Shown here piece by piece: positions 1-9,483 of a stretch of DNA of 64,000 nucleotides (within the stretch, counting starts at the first letter, position 1; the number at the start of each line of letters is the position of its first letter). The position numbers and the translations under genes are program-made. The DNA comes from Candidatus Hadarchaeota archaeon. Its GTDB lineage: Archaea > Hadarchaeota > Hadarchaeia > Hadarchaeales > JAWBSP01. The DNA lies in NCBI GenBank assembly GCA_964632175.1, contig CAZWBJ010000003.1:5513-69512 (forward strand), in the 5' to 3' direction. Below the pieces are notes generated by a model. That model was not told the DNA's origin. It worked only from the letters and a program-made list of their open reading frames with translations, and made no database searches.

Positions 1-554
1 TTAAGACCTCGCCGGAGCGAATCACAGTGGGATTCGAGGGTGGCATCCCAGTTTCCCTGAACGGGGAGAGGATGGATGGGGTTTCCCTGATCACCACCCT
101 CAACCAGCTTGCCGGGGCTCACGGGGTGGGTAGGATAGACATCATGGAGGATAGGATTTTGGGTCTCAAGGCCAGGGAGGTCTACGAAGCCCCCGCCGCC
201 ACCGTTCTACTCGAGGCGCACAGGGCTCTCGAACAGCTCGTTCTGACTAGAAACCAGATTGCCCTCAAGCAATCCCTAGAACAGAGGTGGTCGGAGCTCG
301 TCTACTGTGGGTTGTGGTTCGACCCCCTCAGGGAGAACCTGGATGCCTTCATAGATTCCACCCAGCAGAGGGTGGAAGGAGAGGTGACGGTGGAGCTGGG
401 AGCGGGAGCGTTCAGGGTCGTGGCGAGGAGCTCCCCCTTCGCTCTTTACGAGAAGGAACTGGTTTCCTTCGAGACGCTGGGGTTCGACCAGCGGGAGTCC
501 GCGGTCGTCACGAGGTTTCAGGGGCTCCAGTCCAAGCTTTATAGGAAGAAATGA
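1..554 (+). CDS. argG: Argininosuccinate synthase, C-terminal part (gene begins upstream of the window)
   Basis: ORF 27..554 plus the in-frame upstream codons (KTSPERITVGFEGGIPVSLNGE...) matches the conserved ArgG C-terminal region. The stop overlaps the argC start (ATGA at 551-554). Confidence 0.8.
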   Translation, partial: KTSPERITVGFEGGIPVSLNGERMDGVSLITTLNQLAGAHGVGRIDIMEDRILGLKAREVYEAPAATVLLEAHRALEQLVLTRNQIALKQSLEQRWSELVYCGLWFDPLRENLDAFIDSTQQRVEGEVTVELGAGAFRVVARSSPFALYEKELVSFETLGFDQRESAVVTRFQGLQSKLYRKK

Positions 555-1558
555 GGGCGGCCATCTTGGGGACGGGTTATGTGGCGGCGGAGCTGGTCAG
601 AATTCTCGCCAACCACCCGAGCGTGGAGCTGACGGAGGTTCAGGGCAGGAGCGGAGCTGGTCAGCCGATTGGGGCGATCTATCCCAATCTCGATCTACCC
701 CTGCGGGTCGGCGAGCTGGATACCAAGGTGGGGGAGAGGGTTGAGGTGGTATTCACCGCGCTTCCACATGGCACCTCCATGAAGTACGTTCCTTCCCTTC
801 TTCAGGGAGGGGCGAAGGTGATCGATATGAGCGCGGACTTCAGACTGGACCCGCACGTTTTCGAGAAAACCTACAACCTGAAGCACGAGTGCCCGGAACT
901 CAGGGGGGTTTACGGTCTCACCGAGCTCCACAGGGAGGAGATCAGGCGGGCAAGCCTTGTGGCGAACCCAGGCTGCTATCCCACGCCGGCGATTCTGGCG
1001 CTTGCCCCCTTGGTGAAGGAAGGGCTGGTAGACCTGGAGCATGTGGTCATAAACGCCCTGAGCGGGACCTCCGGGGCGGGGCACCAGCCGCAGGAGAGGA
1101 CCCACCACCCCCTGTGTGGGGCCAATCTCCAGGTTTATTCGGCCACCACCCACCGGCACGTCCCGGAGATCGAGCAGGAGATTGGGAGGATTGCCGGGAG
1201 GCCGGTGAGGATTCACTTCGTTCCCCACCTCGTTCCCATCGTCAGGGGAATTCTGGAGACCATTTCAGTCTTCCTGAAGGAGGAGAGAAAGGCTGAGGAG
1301 TTGCTAGCGCTGTACCGGGAGTTCTACAAGGGCGAGAGGTTCGTCCGGATAAGGGACTCGCCGCCCCAGGTCAACTACGTGGTAGGATCCAACTTCTGCG
1401 ACATAGGGGTGGAGGTTTCGGGCAAGTGGGCCGTGGTGGTGGCCGTGGTGGACAATTTGGTCAAGGGCGCGGCTGGGCAGGCGGTTCAGAACATGAATCT
1501 TATGTTTTCCCTTCCCGAAGAGGAGGGGCTTGGCTGCCTGCTTCCCCTCAGGCCATGA
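551..1558 (+). CDS. argC: N-acetyl-gamma-glutamyl-phosphate reductase
   Basis: 335 aa with an N-terminal Rossmann motif (ILGTGYVAAELVRIL) and the catalytic-Cys region (PGCYPT). ATGA overlaps with argG and argJ. Confidence 0.9.
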   Translation: MRAAILGTGYVAAELVRILANHPSVELTEVQGRSGAGQPIGAIYPNLDLPLRVGELDTKVGERVEVVFTALPHGTSMKYVPSLLQGGAKVIDMSADFRLDPHVFEKTYNLKHECPELRGVYGLTELHREEIRRASLVANPGCYPTPAILALAPLVKEGLVDLEHVVINALSGTSGAGHQPQERTHHPLCGANLQVYSATTHRHVPEIEQEIGRIAGRPVRIHFVPHLVPIVRGILETISVFLKEERKAEELLALYREFYKGERFVRIRDSPPQVNYVVGSNFCDIGVEVSGKWAVVVAVVDNLVKGAAGQAVQNMNLMFSLPEEEGLGCLLPLRP

Positions 1559-2775
1559 TAACCATCCTGAAGGGGGGCCTCAGCGAGGTGAGGGGCTTCT
1601 CCTTCGCCGGGGTTAGGGCCGGGATAAAAAAGAAGGGATTGGACTTGGCCATAATAAAGAGCGAGGTGGGCTCCGTCCCAGCCGCCGGAGTTTTCACCTC
1701 CAATCTCGTCAAGGCGGCGTCCGTCCTCCTCACCGAAAGGAACCTGAGGGGGGGAAAGCTCGGCGCGGTATTCCTCAACAGCGGAAGGGCCAACTGTTTC
1801 ACGGGCGCAAGAGGAGAGAGGGACGCGGAGGAGATCGCGGGGAGGGTGGCCAGACTCCTTGGGATTCAACCGGGGGAGGTGGGGGTTCTTTCCACGGGCC
1901 TGATTGGCGCCCCCCTTCCCATGGCGAAGGTAAGGAGGGGGATTCTGAGGGCAGTAGCCCGTCTCTCCCGCAACAGGGAGGAGAGCCTAAGGGTGGCTCA
2001 GTCCCTCATGACAACCGACACTTTTCCCAAGGAGTTCGCCGTTGCCACCAGGCTCGAGGATGGAACCGAGGTCAGGATTGCTGGCGTGGCGAAGGGCTCG
2101 GGGATGATTAGGCCCAAGCTTGCCACCATGCTTGCCGTAATCCTTACCGATGCCAGAGCGACCCCGGGAGGACTGAGGTTGGCTCTCAGGAACGCGGTGG
2201 AGGGGAGCTTCAACATGATCACGGTGGACAACGACACGAGCACCAACGATGCGGTTCTCCTGCTGGCCAGCGGTTTGGCGGGCGGAAGGGAAATCTCGGC
2301 AAGGGACATTGATCCCAATTTTCAGGAGGCCCTAAACTGTGTGACGAGGGAGCTCGCGAAGATGATAGTCAGGGATGGTGAGGGAGCCCGGCATTTCTTC
2401 GAGGTCCGAGTGGAGGGGGCGAGGAACTCCTACGAGGCCAAGCTCGCCGCCCTAGCGGTGGCGGGATCCAACTTGGTAAAGGCCGCCATCTTTGGCGAGG
2501 ATCCGAACTGGGGTAGAATTGTGGCGGCTCTTGGGGCCTCTGGGGCATACTTCAACCCCCTCAACCTTTCCCTCTGGTTTGAGGGGAAGGGGAAGACGGT
2601 GTATCTGGTCAGGGAGGGCAGGCCCGTCGGGAACCCCGACCGGGCGAAGGATATCATGCGCAGCAAGGAATTCGTGATAGGCATACAGCTGGGGGAGGGC
2701 AAGGCAACGGCCAAAGCTTGGGGTTGTGATCTGACCTACGATTACGTGAGGATCAACGCGAAATACAGAACTTGA
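1555..2775 (+). CDS. argJ: Glutamate N-acetyltransferase / ornithine acetyltransferase ArgJ
   Basis: The ArgJ family autoproteolytic site ATML (KLATMLAVILTDA) is present. The start is taken at ATG 1555 (MITILKGG), which overlaps the argC stop; the ORF-track start at 1426 is an upstream extension. Confidence 0.9.
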   Translation: MITILKGGLSEVRGFSFAGVRAGIKKKGLDLAIIKSEVGSVPAAGVFTSNLVKAASVLLTERNLRGGKLGAVFLNSGRANCFTGARGERDAEEIAGRVARLLGIQPGEVGVLSTGLIGAPLPMAKVRRGILRAVARLSRNREESLRVAQSLMTTDTFPKEFAVATRLEDGTEVRIAGVAKGSGMIRPKLATMLAVILTDARATPGGLRLALRNAVEGSFNMITVDNDTSTNDAVLLLASGLAGGREISARDIDPNFQEALNCVTRELAKMIVRDGEGARHFFEVRVEGARNSYEAKLAALAVAGSNLVKAAIFGEDPNWGRIVAALGASGAYFNPLNLSLWFEGKGKTVYLVREGRPVGNPDRAKDIMRSKEFVIGIQLGEGKATAKAWGCDLTYDYVRINAKYRT

Positions 2776-3017
2776 GACCGAAGGAAGTTCTGGATAGGCT
2801 CAAGTGGGCCGAGGGGAGGCTGGGGGAGGCGAGCATTACCATCATCCACCGGGGGGCGACCGGGAACCTCAGAAAGATCAGGGGATCTGACATCCTTTCC
2901 ACGGACAGGAGCTTCATGTACGTGCGCTCGGGTAATGAGACGGTTGCCATCCCCTACCACAGGATAGTGAGGATAGAAGTGGGGAGGAAGTGTCTCTGGG
3001 AAAAGAAAAGCCGCTAG
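2772..3017 (+). CDS. Small conserved archaeal protein (DUF504/UPF0248-like)
   Basis: 81 aa with a TTG start that overlaps the argJ stop (TTGA). MRPKEVLDRLKW...IPYHRI resembles a small archaeal family of unknown function. Confidence 0.5.
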   Translation: MRPKEVLDRLKWAEGRLGEASITIIHRGATGNLRKIRGSDILSTDRSFMYVRSGNETVAIPYHRIVRIEVGRKCLWEKKSR

Positions 3018-3328
3018 GGCTTTAGTCTCCTCCCGCAGTTGGGGCAGTGTCTGGCCCTCCTAGAAACAAACTTTCCACAGGAAGGGCAGGCCACAACCGT
3101 CCTGATTTTTACCTTTGGTTTTGGGGTGACGATCACCACGGAGGGACCACCCGGCAGGGCTAGGCCGGCCACGAAGACGATGAGCCCGCTCACGGTTAGA
3201 AGAAAGGTATCAACGGTGAAGCCGTATCCCAGAATTTTGAACTCGCCGAAGTATCCTATCTCCAAGGCCATCAGCACCAGTCCCACCACCACAAACAGGA
3301 GGCCTAGGGAGGCCACAGAGGCCCTCAT
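3014..3328 (-). CDS. Small membrane protein with C-terminal zinc ribbon
   Basis: Two hydrophobic helices are followed by CPSCG...CPNCG (a C4 ribbon). Confidence 0.5.
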   Translation of the reverse strand: MRASVASLGLLFVVVGLVLMALEIGYFGEFKILGYGFTVDTFLLTVSGLIVFVAGLALPGGPSVVIVTPKPKVKIRTVVACPSCGKFVSRRARHCPNCGRRLKP

Positions 3329-3354
3329 TCACCACTGGGACTTTCTAATAAAAC

Positions 3355-4344
3355 CTACTCCACAGCCGCCCGCACGGTGCCTGAGAACCTTAGCACGGAG
3401 GGGGAAACCTCAAGCTTGTCGCACAGCTTCCGGTAGTACTCCTCGACCTTTACTTCCCTCTTCCCTTCATGTATCTCTTTTCTCCAAGCCTCTAGGAAAA
3501 AGTTCTCTAGGCCCAGGAACTCGGCGGCGCTCATCAGCTCCTTTCCCTCCCGCCCGGCCAACTTGATGACGTCGGAGATTTTTTCCTTGTAGTTTATGTC
3601 CCTCAGCAGATGGTGGTCGAGGATCACGCGTTCCGCTTGCGTTTCCGAGATGGCCCTTTTCAGGTTTTCCTTGGAAGCCTCGAAGGCCTTCTGGCTCATT
3701 CTCCAGCCCACGAAAATGGTGGGGTAACCGTCCAGGATCATGAAATCCGGGTTCTTCTTCAGCACCCAATCGAGAGCGGCGGGGTCGGCTAGACTCTGGG
3801 CGTCACTCCCGAAGAGCACGGATTTTCCGCCCCCCTCCACGCAGACCATCACCACCCTCCCCACTTTGCTCCCCACGTCCCCGTGCCAGACCGCCGGCGA
3901 GAAGGAGAGCTTCACCCCGCCCATTTCGATCTCCTTCCCATCCGCCCACTCGAGCTTTTTGACGAGAGGCCCGGCATTGTCCTCAAAGATCTTTCCCCTT
4001 TGCTTTCCCGAGAGATTGATGTTCTGCTTTCTATCCTTGGCGAACACAGTTTTTCCAGAAAAGCAGACCTGATACATCTCCAGGTCGTCCGGAAACGGGT
4101 GATGATCGTAGTGGTAGTGGGTTACCACCAGAACCTCGCTCCTCTTGCAGAGTTCCATGATGAGAGCTCTAGCGTACTCGAGTGCCTGGAATTCGGTCTC
4201 GGTGGGTCCCATCCCATACCTCGTGGGCCCGAGTGCCACTCCAGGGTCGATGAGCAGGTGCAGACCCCCGAGTTGCAGGTAGGTGGACATGCTTCTCACA
4301 CCGAAAGAATCGAAGGCTATGGGGAGTACCTTCACCTGTGGCAT
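3355..4344 (-). CDS. Metallo-beta-lactamase fold hydrolase (UPF0282-like)
   Basis: Carries the HxHxDH motif (THYHYDHH) and downstream metal-binding His and Asp residues. 329 aa. Confidence 0.7.
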   Translation of the reverse strand: MPQVKVLPIAFDSFGVRSMSTYLQLGGLHLLIDPGVALGPTRYGMGPTETEFQALEYARALIMELCKRSEVLVVTHYHYDHHPFPDDLEMYQVCFSGKTVFAKDRKQNINLSGKQRGKIFEDNAGPLVKKLEWADGKEIEMGGVKLSFSPAVWHGDVGSKVGRVVMVCVEGGGKSVLFGSDAQSLADPAALDWVLKKNPDFMILDGYPTIFVGWRMSQKAFEASKENLKRAISETQAERVILDHHLLRDINYKEKISDVIKLAGREGKELMSAAEFLGLENFFLEAWRKEIHEGKREVKVEEYYRKLCDKLEVSPSVLRFSGTVRAAVE

Positions 4345-4454
4345 CTGTATTTTCTCTTAGAACAGAAAAAGAGAGTCAAGATGTCGCGGAGTAACGCGCA
4401 AAAGAGGCTTAATGGCTTTTCTACTTTTTTGCCTGTGGTTGAGTTTTTGGATAG

Positions 4455-4528
4455 TGCGGCAGGCGGGATTTGAACCCGCGCTTCAGGCTCGGCAAGCCTG
4501 AGTCCTAACCAGGCTAGACTACTGCCGC
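4455..4528 (-). tRNA. tRNA-Gly (GCC)
   Basis: Reverse complement gives GCGGCAG-TA-GTCTAGCCTGGTTAGGAC-T-CAGGC-TTGCCGA-GCCTG-..-GCGGGTTCAAATCCCGC-CTGCCGC-A. It forms a cloverleaf with anticodon GCC. CCA is not encoded. Confidence 0.85.
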
Positions 4529-4560
4529 TCCTATCTTTTATGCTTCCCTCGTAAAAAATA

Positions 4561-5127
4561 ATGGAACCATTGTCTCTCTGGCTCGCTCTGGCGCTGGTGG
4601 CGGCCTTGGGCCTCGCCGCGGAGAGGGGTGCCGCAGCCCGGAGACTCTCGAGGAGAAAAAGGGAGTTGGAAGAGGAGGTGAGGGCGCTGAGCGAGATGAA
4701 CGAGATGCTTTCCGAGAATCTCTCGCGGAAGGTAGGGAGAAGCGAGGGAGTTCTTGCGGAGTTCGTCAGGGATCTGGAGCGCCTGCGGACGGCCATAGCC
4801 GGCTCCGGTGTCTGCGAAAAGATTCTCAAAAAGAAGTACAGGTTAGAGGTGGGGGGAGGTATGCTGCGCCGGATTTTCGAGGCTTACCCCTCCCTGGGTT
4901 TGCTCACCAAGCAGCAATTGGCGGATGAGATTTTGGTGGGGGAGCTGGGGAGGCAGATCATGAGGGAGCTTGAGGAGGGGGCAAATGTGGAGGAGATTTC
5001 GGGCGCGGTGGAGGCACCCTTGGCGGTGGTCAAGGGGCAGATTAGGAGGCTTCAGCTTCTTGGTTACTTGGATGGAACTCTAAAGCCCACGCCCAGCGGA
5101 AAGAGAGTTCTCTCCCAGCCAGCCTAG
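4561..5127 (+). CDS. Hypothetical protein: N-terminal TM helix, coiled coil, C-terminal putative winged-HTH
   Basis: 188 aa. Hydrophobic N-terminus (LWLALALVAALGLAA), a charged helical middle, and a MarR-like wing at the C-terminus (LGYLDGTLKPTPSGKRV). Its 3' end overlaps the convergent HD-hydrolase gene by 48 nt. Confidence 0.45.
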   Translation: MEPLSLWLALALVAALGLAAERGAAARRLSRRKRELEEEVRALSEMNEMLSENLSRKVGRSEGVLAEFVRDLERLRTAIAGSGVCEKILKKKYRLEVGGGMLRRIFEAYPSLGLLTKQQLADEILVGELGRQIMRELEEGANVEEISGAVEAPLAVVKGQIRRLQLLGYLDGTLKPTPSGKRVLSQPA

Positions 5128-6333
5128 CACTTCATAGGCCGCCTTCTCCACTTTTTTGGAGAACTCGGGAGCCGCTGCAACTTGGAGAAGGTACCGCGGG
5201 GCGAACCTCTTCAACAGGACGGAGGCGAGGGGGGAAAGCCTTGAGAGCGGGAGGAGCTTCCCGCCCCTCAACACCATGAGCCCCTCCCCCCGCATTCTGG
5301 GCTCGGAAACTTGAAGTTCGACCGCGGGCACATCCACCACCACCATCCCCTCTGGTGCACCCACTCGATCGCAGAGCTCACGCTGGATTTCCAAGATTCT
5401 GCTCCAGCTGCCGAAGGTTTTGTGGATTCTCCCCATAAGCTTTGCGCTGGGTTCCTTGCGCTCCACCAGATATACAGGCTTGAAAAGTTTGCGGTAGCAG
5501 ATCCTCCTCACCATCTCGGCGGCGTATCCACCCAAGGCCTCCAGCTTGGAGAACAGCTTCCACTCGGTCAGGAGGTAGGGATTTTCTCCCCTCTCCACCA
5601 GGACCTCCGTCGCGTTAGCCATCATGAGCTCGGCTATCCTCACGGTCCGGTGGAAGTAAACTGAGGAGTACATGAGGTCCCTGGCGGTCAGAAAGCCCTC
5701 CACCGCCTCTATCCCCTTCTCCTCTACTGCCAGCCTCCCAGCTCTCACCCGCATTACCCTGCGAAGTCGGGGAAGGTCTATCATTCCTAGGGCCACCCCG
5801 GTGAAGTGGGAATCCCTTAGGAGGTAATCCATCTGATCCACATCCATTTCGCCGTGGAGGATCTGGGCGAGGTACTTCTTCCTGTGTGAGCCCGAGATAA
5901 GCCCGCACACCTCCTCCGGATCCACGCCGGCCTTCCTCAACACCTCCCCGCAGGGGTGAGCATCTGGCTCGATTTTCGTCTCGCCGGAAATCAGGCTGGA
6001 GGCCATCTCCTCGTGGTTCTTCCCGAGGCGATCCACCATCTGGAATTCTAGGGTGTGGGAGAAGGGGGGGTGCCCGATGTCGTGGAGGAGGGCAGCGCTC
6101 TGGAGGACGGCAGAATCTTCAATCCCGAGGTCGGAGGCTAGGAGCTTGGAGAGGTGCATTACGCCCAAGGCGTGCTCGAAACGGGTGTGGTTGGCCCCAG
6201 GAAAGACGAGGTTCGCCAGCCCCATCTGCCTTACTCCCCTCAGTCTCTGCACCTCCGGAGTTTCCAGCAGCCTAAACGCAAGGGCGTCCAGCCTGATGCT
6301 CCCGTGAACGGGATCGTGGATGACCTTCTCCAT
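5080..6333 (-). CDS. HD-domain phosphohydrolase (dGTPase/SAMHD1-like)
   Basis: HD motif at HDIGHPPFSH and N-terminal DPVHGSI. The start is taken at the second Met (MEKVIHDPVHG); the ORF track extends to 6384. Confidence 0.8.
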   Translation of the reverse strand: MEKVIHDPVHGSIRLDALAFRLLETPEVQRLRGVRQMGLANLVFPGANHTRFEHALGVMHLSKLLASDLGIEDSAVLQSAALLHDIGHPPFSHTLEFQMVDRLGKNHEEMASSLISGETKIEPDAHPCGEVLRKAGVDPEEVCGLISGSHRKKYLAQILHGEMDVDQMDYLLRDSHFTGVALGMIDLPRLRRVMRVRAGRLAVEEKGIEAVEGFLTARDLMYSSVYFHRTVRIAELMMANATEVLVERGENPYLLTEWKLFSKLEALGGYAAEMVRRICYRKLFKPVYLVERKEPSAKLMGRIHKTFGSWSRILEIQRELCDRVGAPEGMVVVDVPAVELQVSEPRMRGEGLMVLRGGKLLPLSRLSPLASVLLKRFAPRYLLQVAAAPEFSKKVEKAAYEVLGWLGENSLSAGRGL

Positions 6334-6376
6334 TCCAGATTCCCCAAGGTTTAATTGAAGGGGGGGAGTATTCGGG

Positions 6377-7639
6377 ATGAACATCCTTTACCTCTGTGAT
6401 GAGTTCCCCCCCTACTTCAGGGGTGGGCTGGGCACCTACGCCGTAGAGATGACTTGGAGGTTCGTGAGGGAGGGGGAGAACGTGCTGGTTTTTGCCAGAA
6501 ACCCGGACAACAAGGCTGTGACCAGAGACCTTTACAGAGGGGTGGAGGTCCACCGCCCCCAGACGGTCGAGGCCACCGACATCCTCCCGGCCATGGTCCC
6601 CCAAGATGTGAGGCTTTGGGCTCCCCAGGCTCAGAAGTTCTTTGCCGAGACCCTCATGTATAACATCCTCACCTGCACCAAGGTGGTGAACCAGCTTGTG
6701 GCCAGGGAGGGGAGGAAGTTCGATTTGATAGTGGCCCATGATTGGCTGGCTTCACTTGCAGGAATCATCCTCAAGAAGCATCTGAGGCTTCCTTTGGTGG
6801 TTCATTTTCACTCCACGGAAAAGGGCAGGAGCGGGGGCTCCGGCTCCCCCACCATCAGGGAAATAGAGAGGCTCGCCGCCCTCACGGCCGACAGGATAGT
6901 GACGGTGAGCTATGCCATGAGGGATGAACTTATCGGGCTGGGTTACCCGGAGGCCAAGATACGGGTGGTCTACAATGCCGTGGATGAGAAGAAGTACGAC
7001 CCAGCCAGGGTTCCAAGGGAGGAGGTGGAGCAACTGAGGAAGGAGCTGGGAATCGGGGAAAGTCCCATGATCTTCTTCGTGGGAAGGCTGAGCTGGGTGA
7101 AGGGGGCGGACTCCCTAGTTCAGGCGATGCCCTACATCCTGAGGGAAGTCCCCGATGCCAAGCTTGTGGTGGTGGGAAAGGGAGAGCAGGAGGGCATGCT
7201 TTCGGACATGGTCAGGAGGCTTGGGATCGAGAAAAGTGTGATCCTGAAATTTGAGTACCTGCCAGAACACCAGAGAATCCTTTACTATGCAGCCTGCGAT
7301 GTGGCGGTTTTTCCCTCCAGGTACGAGCCTTTCGGTATCGTCTGCACCGAGGCCATGGCCATGGGGAAGCCGGTGGTGGTTGGGGCGAAGGGAACTTCCG
7401 GGCTGAGGGAGCAGGTGCACCCCTGTGACCTCCCCCACGCTAAGAGGTGCGGTTCTCACGTGGATCCCGATGTTCCTTATGACATAGCCAAGTTCGTCAT
7501 AGAGCTACTGAAGGATAGGGAACTCAGGGAGAGGCTTGGCAGGAACGCCAGGGAAAGGGTTTTGGAAAGGTTCACACTGGACAGGGCGGCCATGGAAACC
7601 CTCTCGATCTATCGCGAGCTCGTTCAAAAGGGCGGGTAA
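6377..7639 (+). CDS. Glycosyltransferase family 4 (GT-B fold)
   Basis: 420 aa. Has the GT4 C-terminal E-x7-E region (FPSRYEPFGIVCTEAMAMGKPVV) and the RLSWVKG nucleotide-sugar binding block. Confidence 0.85.
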   Translation: MNILYLCDEFPPYFRGGLGTYAVEMTWRFVREGENVLVFARNPDNKAVTRDLYRGVEVHRPQTVEATDILPAMVPQDVRLWAPQAQKFFAETLMYNILTCTKVVNQLVAREGRKFDLIVAHDWLASLAGIILKKHLRLPLVVHFHSTEKGRSGGSGSPTIREIERLAALTADRIVTVSYAMRDELIGLGYPEAKIRVVYNAVDEKKYDPARVPREEVEQLRKELGIGESPMIFFVGRLSWVKGADSLVQAMPYILREVPDAKLVVVGKGEQEGMLSDMVRRLGIEKSVILKFEYLPEHQRILYYAACDVAVFPSRYEPFGIVCTEAMAMGKPVVVGAKGTSGLREQVHPCDLPHAKRCGSHVDPDVPYDIAKFVIELLKDRELRERLGRNARERVLERFTLDRAAMETLSIYRELVQKGG

Positions 7640-7716
7640 CCGCACCGAAAACACATCTCAGTGTCCCACGGTTTGACACGGAATCGAATGGCATAGGTAA
7701 TTATATACGCTCATCA

Positions 7717-8805
7717 GTGAAAAGATTGGCGAAGGTTGCTCTGGTCACGGGGGCTTGCGGCTTTACGGGTAGCAACATGCTAGAGGTTCTAAAGGAGAAG
7801 GGCTGGGAGATTGTGGCTACGGATCTCCCCGAGTCCGACCACAAGGTCTTCTACCAAGAGAAGGGGACCTTTCACCCCGTTTACTACTCAGATATAATAA
7901 AGAAGACTGGAGCCGAGTTTATTCCCGCGGACTTCACCAAGCCGGAAACCCTCAAGCCGCTCTTCACGAGGGACTATGACGCGGTCTTCAGCATCGCTTC
8001 CCTCTACGATTACTTCGCCCCTTGGGAACTCCTCTACAAGGTCAACGTGGAGGGGCACAGAAACCTGGTGGAGGCTTGGCTGGCATCGGGGAGGAAAGTT
8101 GGCCACTGGGTTCACTGGGCTACCGATGGGGTGTACGGGGAGACCCCCTACCTGCCGGGGGACGAGAACGCCCCCTACGATCCCCCCAACAACTACTCGA
8201 GGTCGAAAGTGGAGCAGGAGAAACTCCTTTGGAAGTACTACAGGGAGAAGGGCCTCCCCCTAACCGTTCTCAGGCCCGCTCCTATCTATGGGCCTAGGCA
8301 CATCTATGGGGTATACAAGACCCTGCTCGGACCTAGGAAGTTTGGGGTGGGAGCGGTGGTCAGGATTTATCCTAGGGAGAAGCAGCTCATGTATCCCACC
8401 GTTCATGTCAGGGATTTGTGCGAAGCCGCTATTTTCGTGGCGGAGAGGGAAGATACCATAGGAGAGGCGTACAATGTGCTGTCCAAGTGTATCACCCAGT
8501 CTGAGTTCTCCGAGTTCGTCTCCCACTTGGGTTACTGCAGCCCCATTTACAGGGTGCCGGTACACTGGTCCCTCTACAAACGTGTTTCGGGTCTCGTTAT
8601 CAAGATTGGAAGGTTCTTGGACGCGAGGGCGAGGAAGAAGGGGAAGAGGCCCAAGTTCGACGTTCCGGAAATACAGTACATCACCCACCAGTATTGGTTT
8701 TCCAATGAGAAATTGAAGGAGTTGGGCTTCAAGTACAGGTTTGAGGACCCGAGGGAAGGGCTTCTGGATTATTACATCTGGTGCAAGAGGGAGGGCAAGC
8801 TTTGA
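7717..8805 (+). CDS. NAD-dependent epimerase/dehydratase family (extended SDR) protein
   Basis: GTG start. TGACGFTGS Rossmann motif and catalytic YxxxK (NNYSRSK), with a roughly 50-aa C-terminal extension. Paralog of the gene at 11430. Confidence 0.8.
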   Translation: MKRLAKVALVTGACGFTGSNMLEVLKEKGWEIVATDLPESDHKVFYQEKGTFHPVYYSDIIKKTGAEFIPADFTKPETLKPLFTRDYDAVFSIASLYDYFAPWELLYKVNVEGHRNLVEAWLASGRKVGHWVHWATDGVYGETPYLPGDENAPYDPPNNYSRSKVEQEKLLWKYYREKGLPLTVLRPAPIYGPRHIYGVYKTLLGPRKFGVGAVVRIYPREKQLMYPTVHVRDLCEAAIFVAEREDTIGEAYNVLSKCITQSEFSEFVSHLGYCSPIYRVPVHWSLYKRVSGLVIKIGRFLDARARKKGKRPKFDVPEIQYITHQYWFSNEKLKELGFKYRFEDPREGLLDYYIWCKREGKL

Positions 8806-9482
8806 TCGTTGGTTCTTACGACATCCTGATCCTTTTCGTGGGCGGTTTCCTGCTGGGCTGGCCGGCCAAGAGACGCCATAAGAGAAACCCCGATACTTTC
8901 ATCTTCATGCTCGAGTGCGCCGTCCTCATCTTCTGGTTGAATTTCCTCCTCTCGAATCTGGGTATCATCCAAAGCTGGGCGGGCGTGCTCCCCTCTTCCT
9001 CGGTTCCCTTCTGGCTGGGATTCTTCTACACCCTCTCCTATCCCTTCTGGTTCTGGTTTGGAGGCACTCTCTTCTTCGGCCTCTTCGGTAGGACACCTAG
9101 GCACGGAGGCATTCTCTGGGCCCTCACCGTGGAGGACAAGACTGAGCCCTTCGCCGGCTGGCAGGAGGAGGAGCCGATCAAGATTGCCGATCCTCTTTCC
9201 CCGGAGGAGGCGGCAAGGATAAGCATCCAAGAGGTCACGGACGAGGAGAGGCAGAAGTATCAGGAGTGGTTCTACCAGCCCCTCAACTTCAAGGTGGTCA
9301 AGGACGGAAAGATTCTCTACTTCTGCAAGCGCAGGGAGGAGGCGGAGAAGTTTGTGGAGAAGCTCAGGCTTGGACAGGTGAGGATTGTACAGGACATGGA
9401 GACCAAAATCGCGGAGGCCAAGGAGCGCTGGGAGAAATGGGAATACCGCAAGGACACGAAACCCTACACCCCCTCCTCCTGA
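8781..9482 (+). CDS. Hypothetical membrane protein with charged C-terminal soluble domain
   Basis: 233 aa. Four predicted TM helices, then an acidic/coiled region. Its stop overlaps the AOR start (TGACATG); it overlaps the upstream SDR by 25 nt, so the GTG start is uncertain. Confidence 0.5.
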   Translation: MQEGGQALIVGSYDILILFVGGFLLGWPAKRRHKRNPDTFIFMLECAVLIFWLNFLLSNLGIIQSWAGVLPSSSVPFWLGFFYTLSYPFWFWFGGTLFFGLFGRTPRHGGILWALTVEDKTEPFAGWQEEEPIKIADPLSPEEAARISIQEVTDEERQKYQEWFYQPLNFKVVKDGKILYFCKRREEAEKFVEKLRLGQVRIVQDMETKIAEAKERWEKWEYRKDTKPYTPSS

Positions 9483-9483
9483 C

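Noticed and set aside
695-1228. 177-aa minus-strand ORF inside argC
   Set aside because: It lies antisense to a strongly supported conserved gene, and its G/P/R-rich low-complexity composition is typical of antisense frames in high-GC DNA.
4332-4829. 165-aa minus-strand ORF spanning the tRNA-Gly gene
   Set aside because: It overlaps a confident tRNA and the better-supported plus-strand 188-aa ORF. Its Ser/Arg-rich low-complexity sequence looks spurious.
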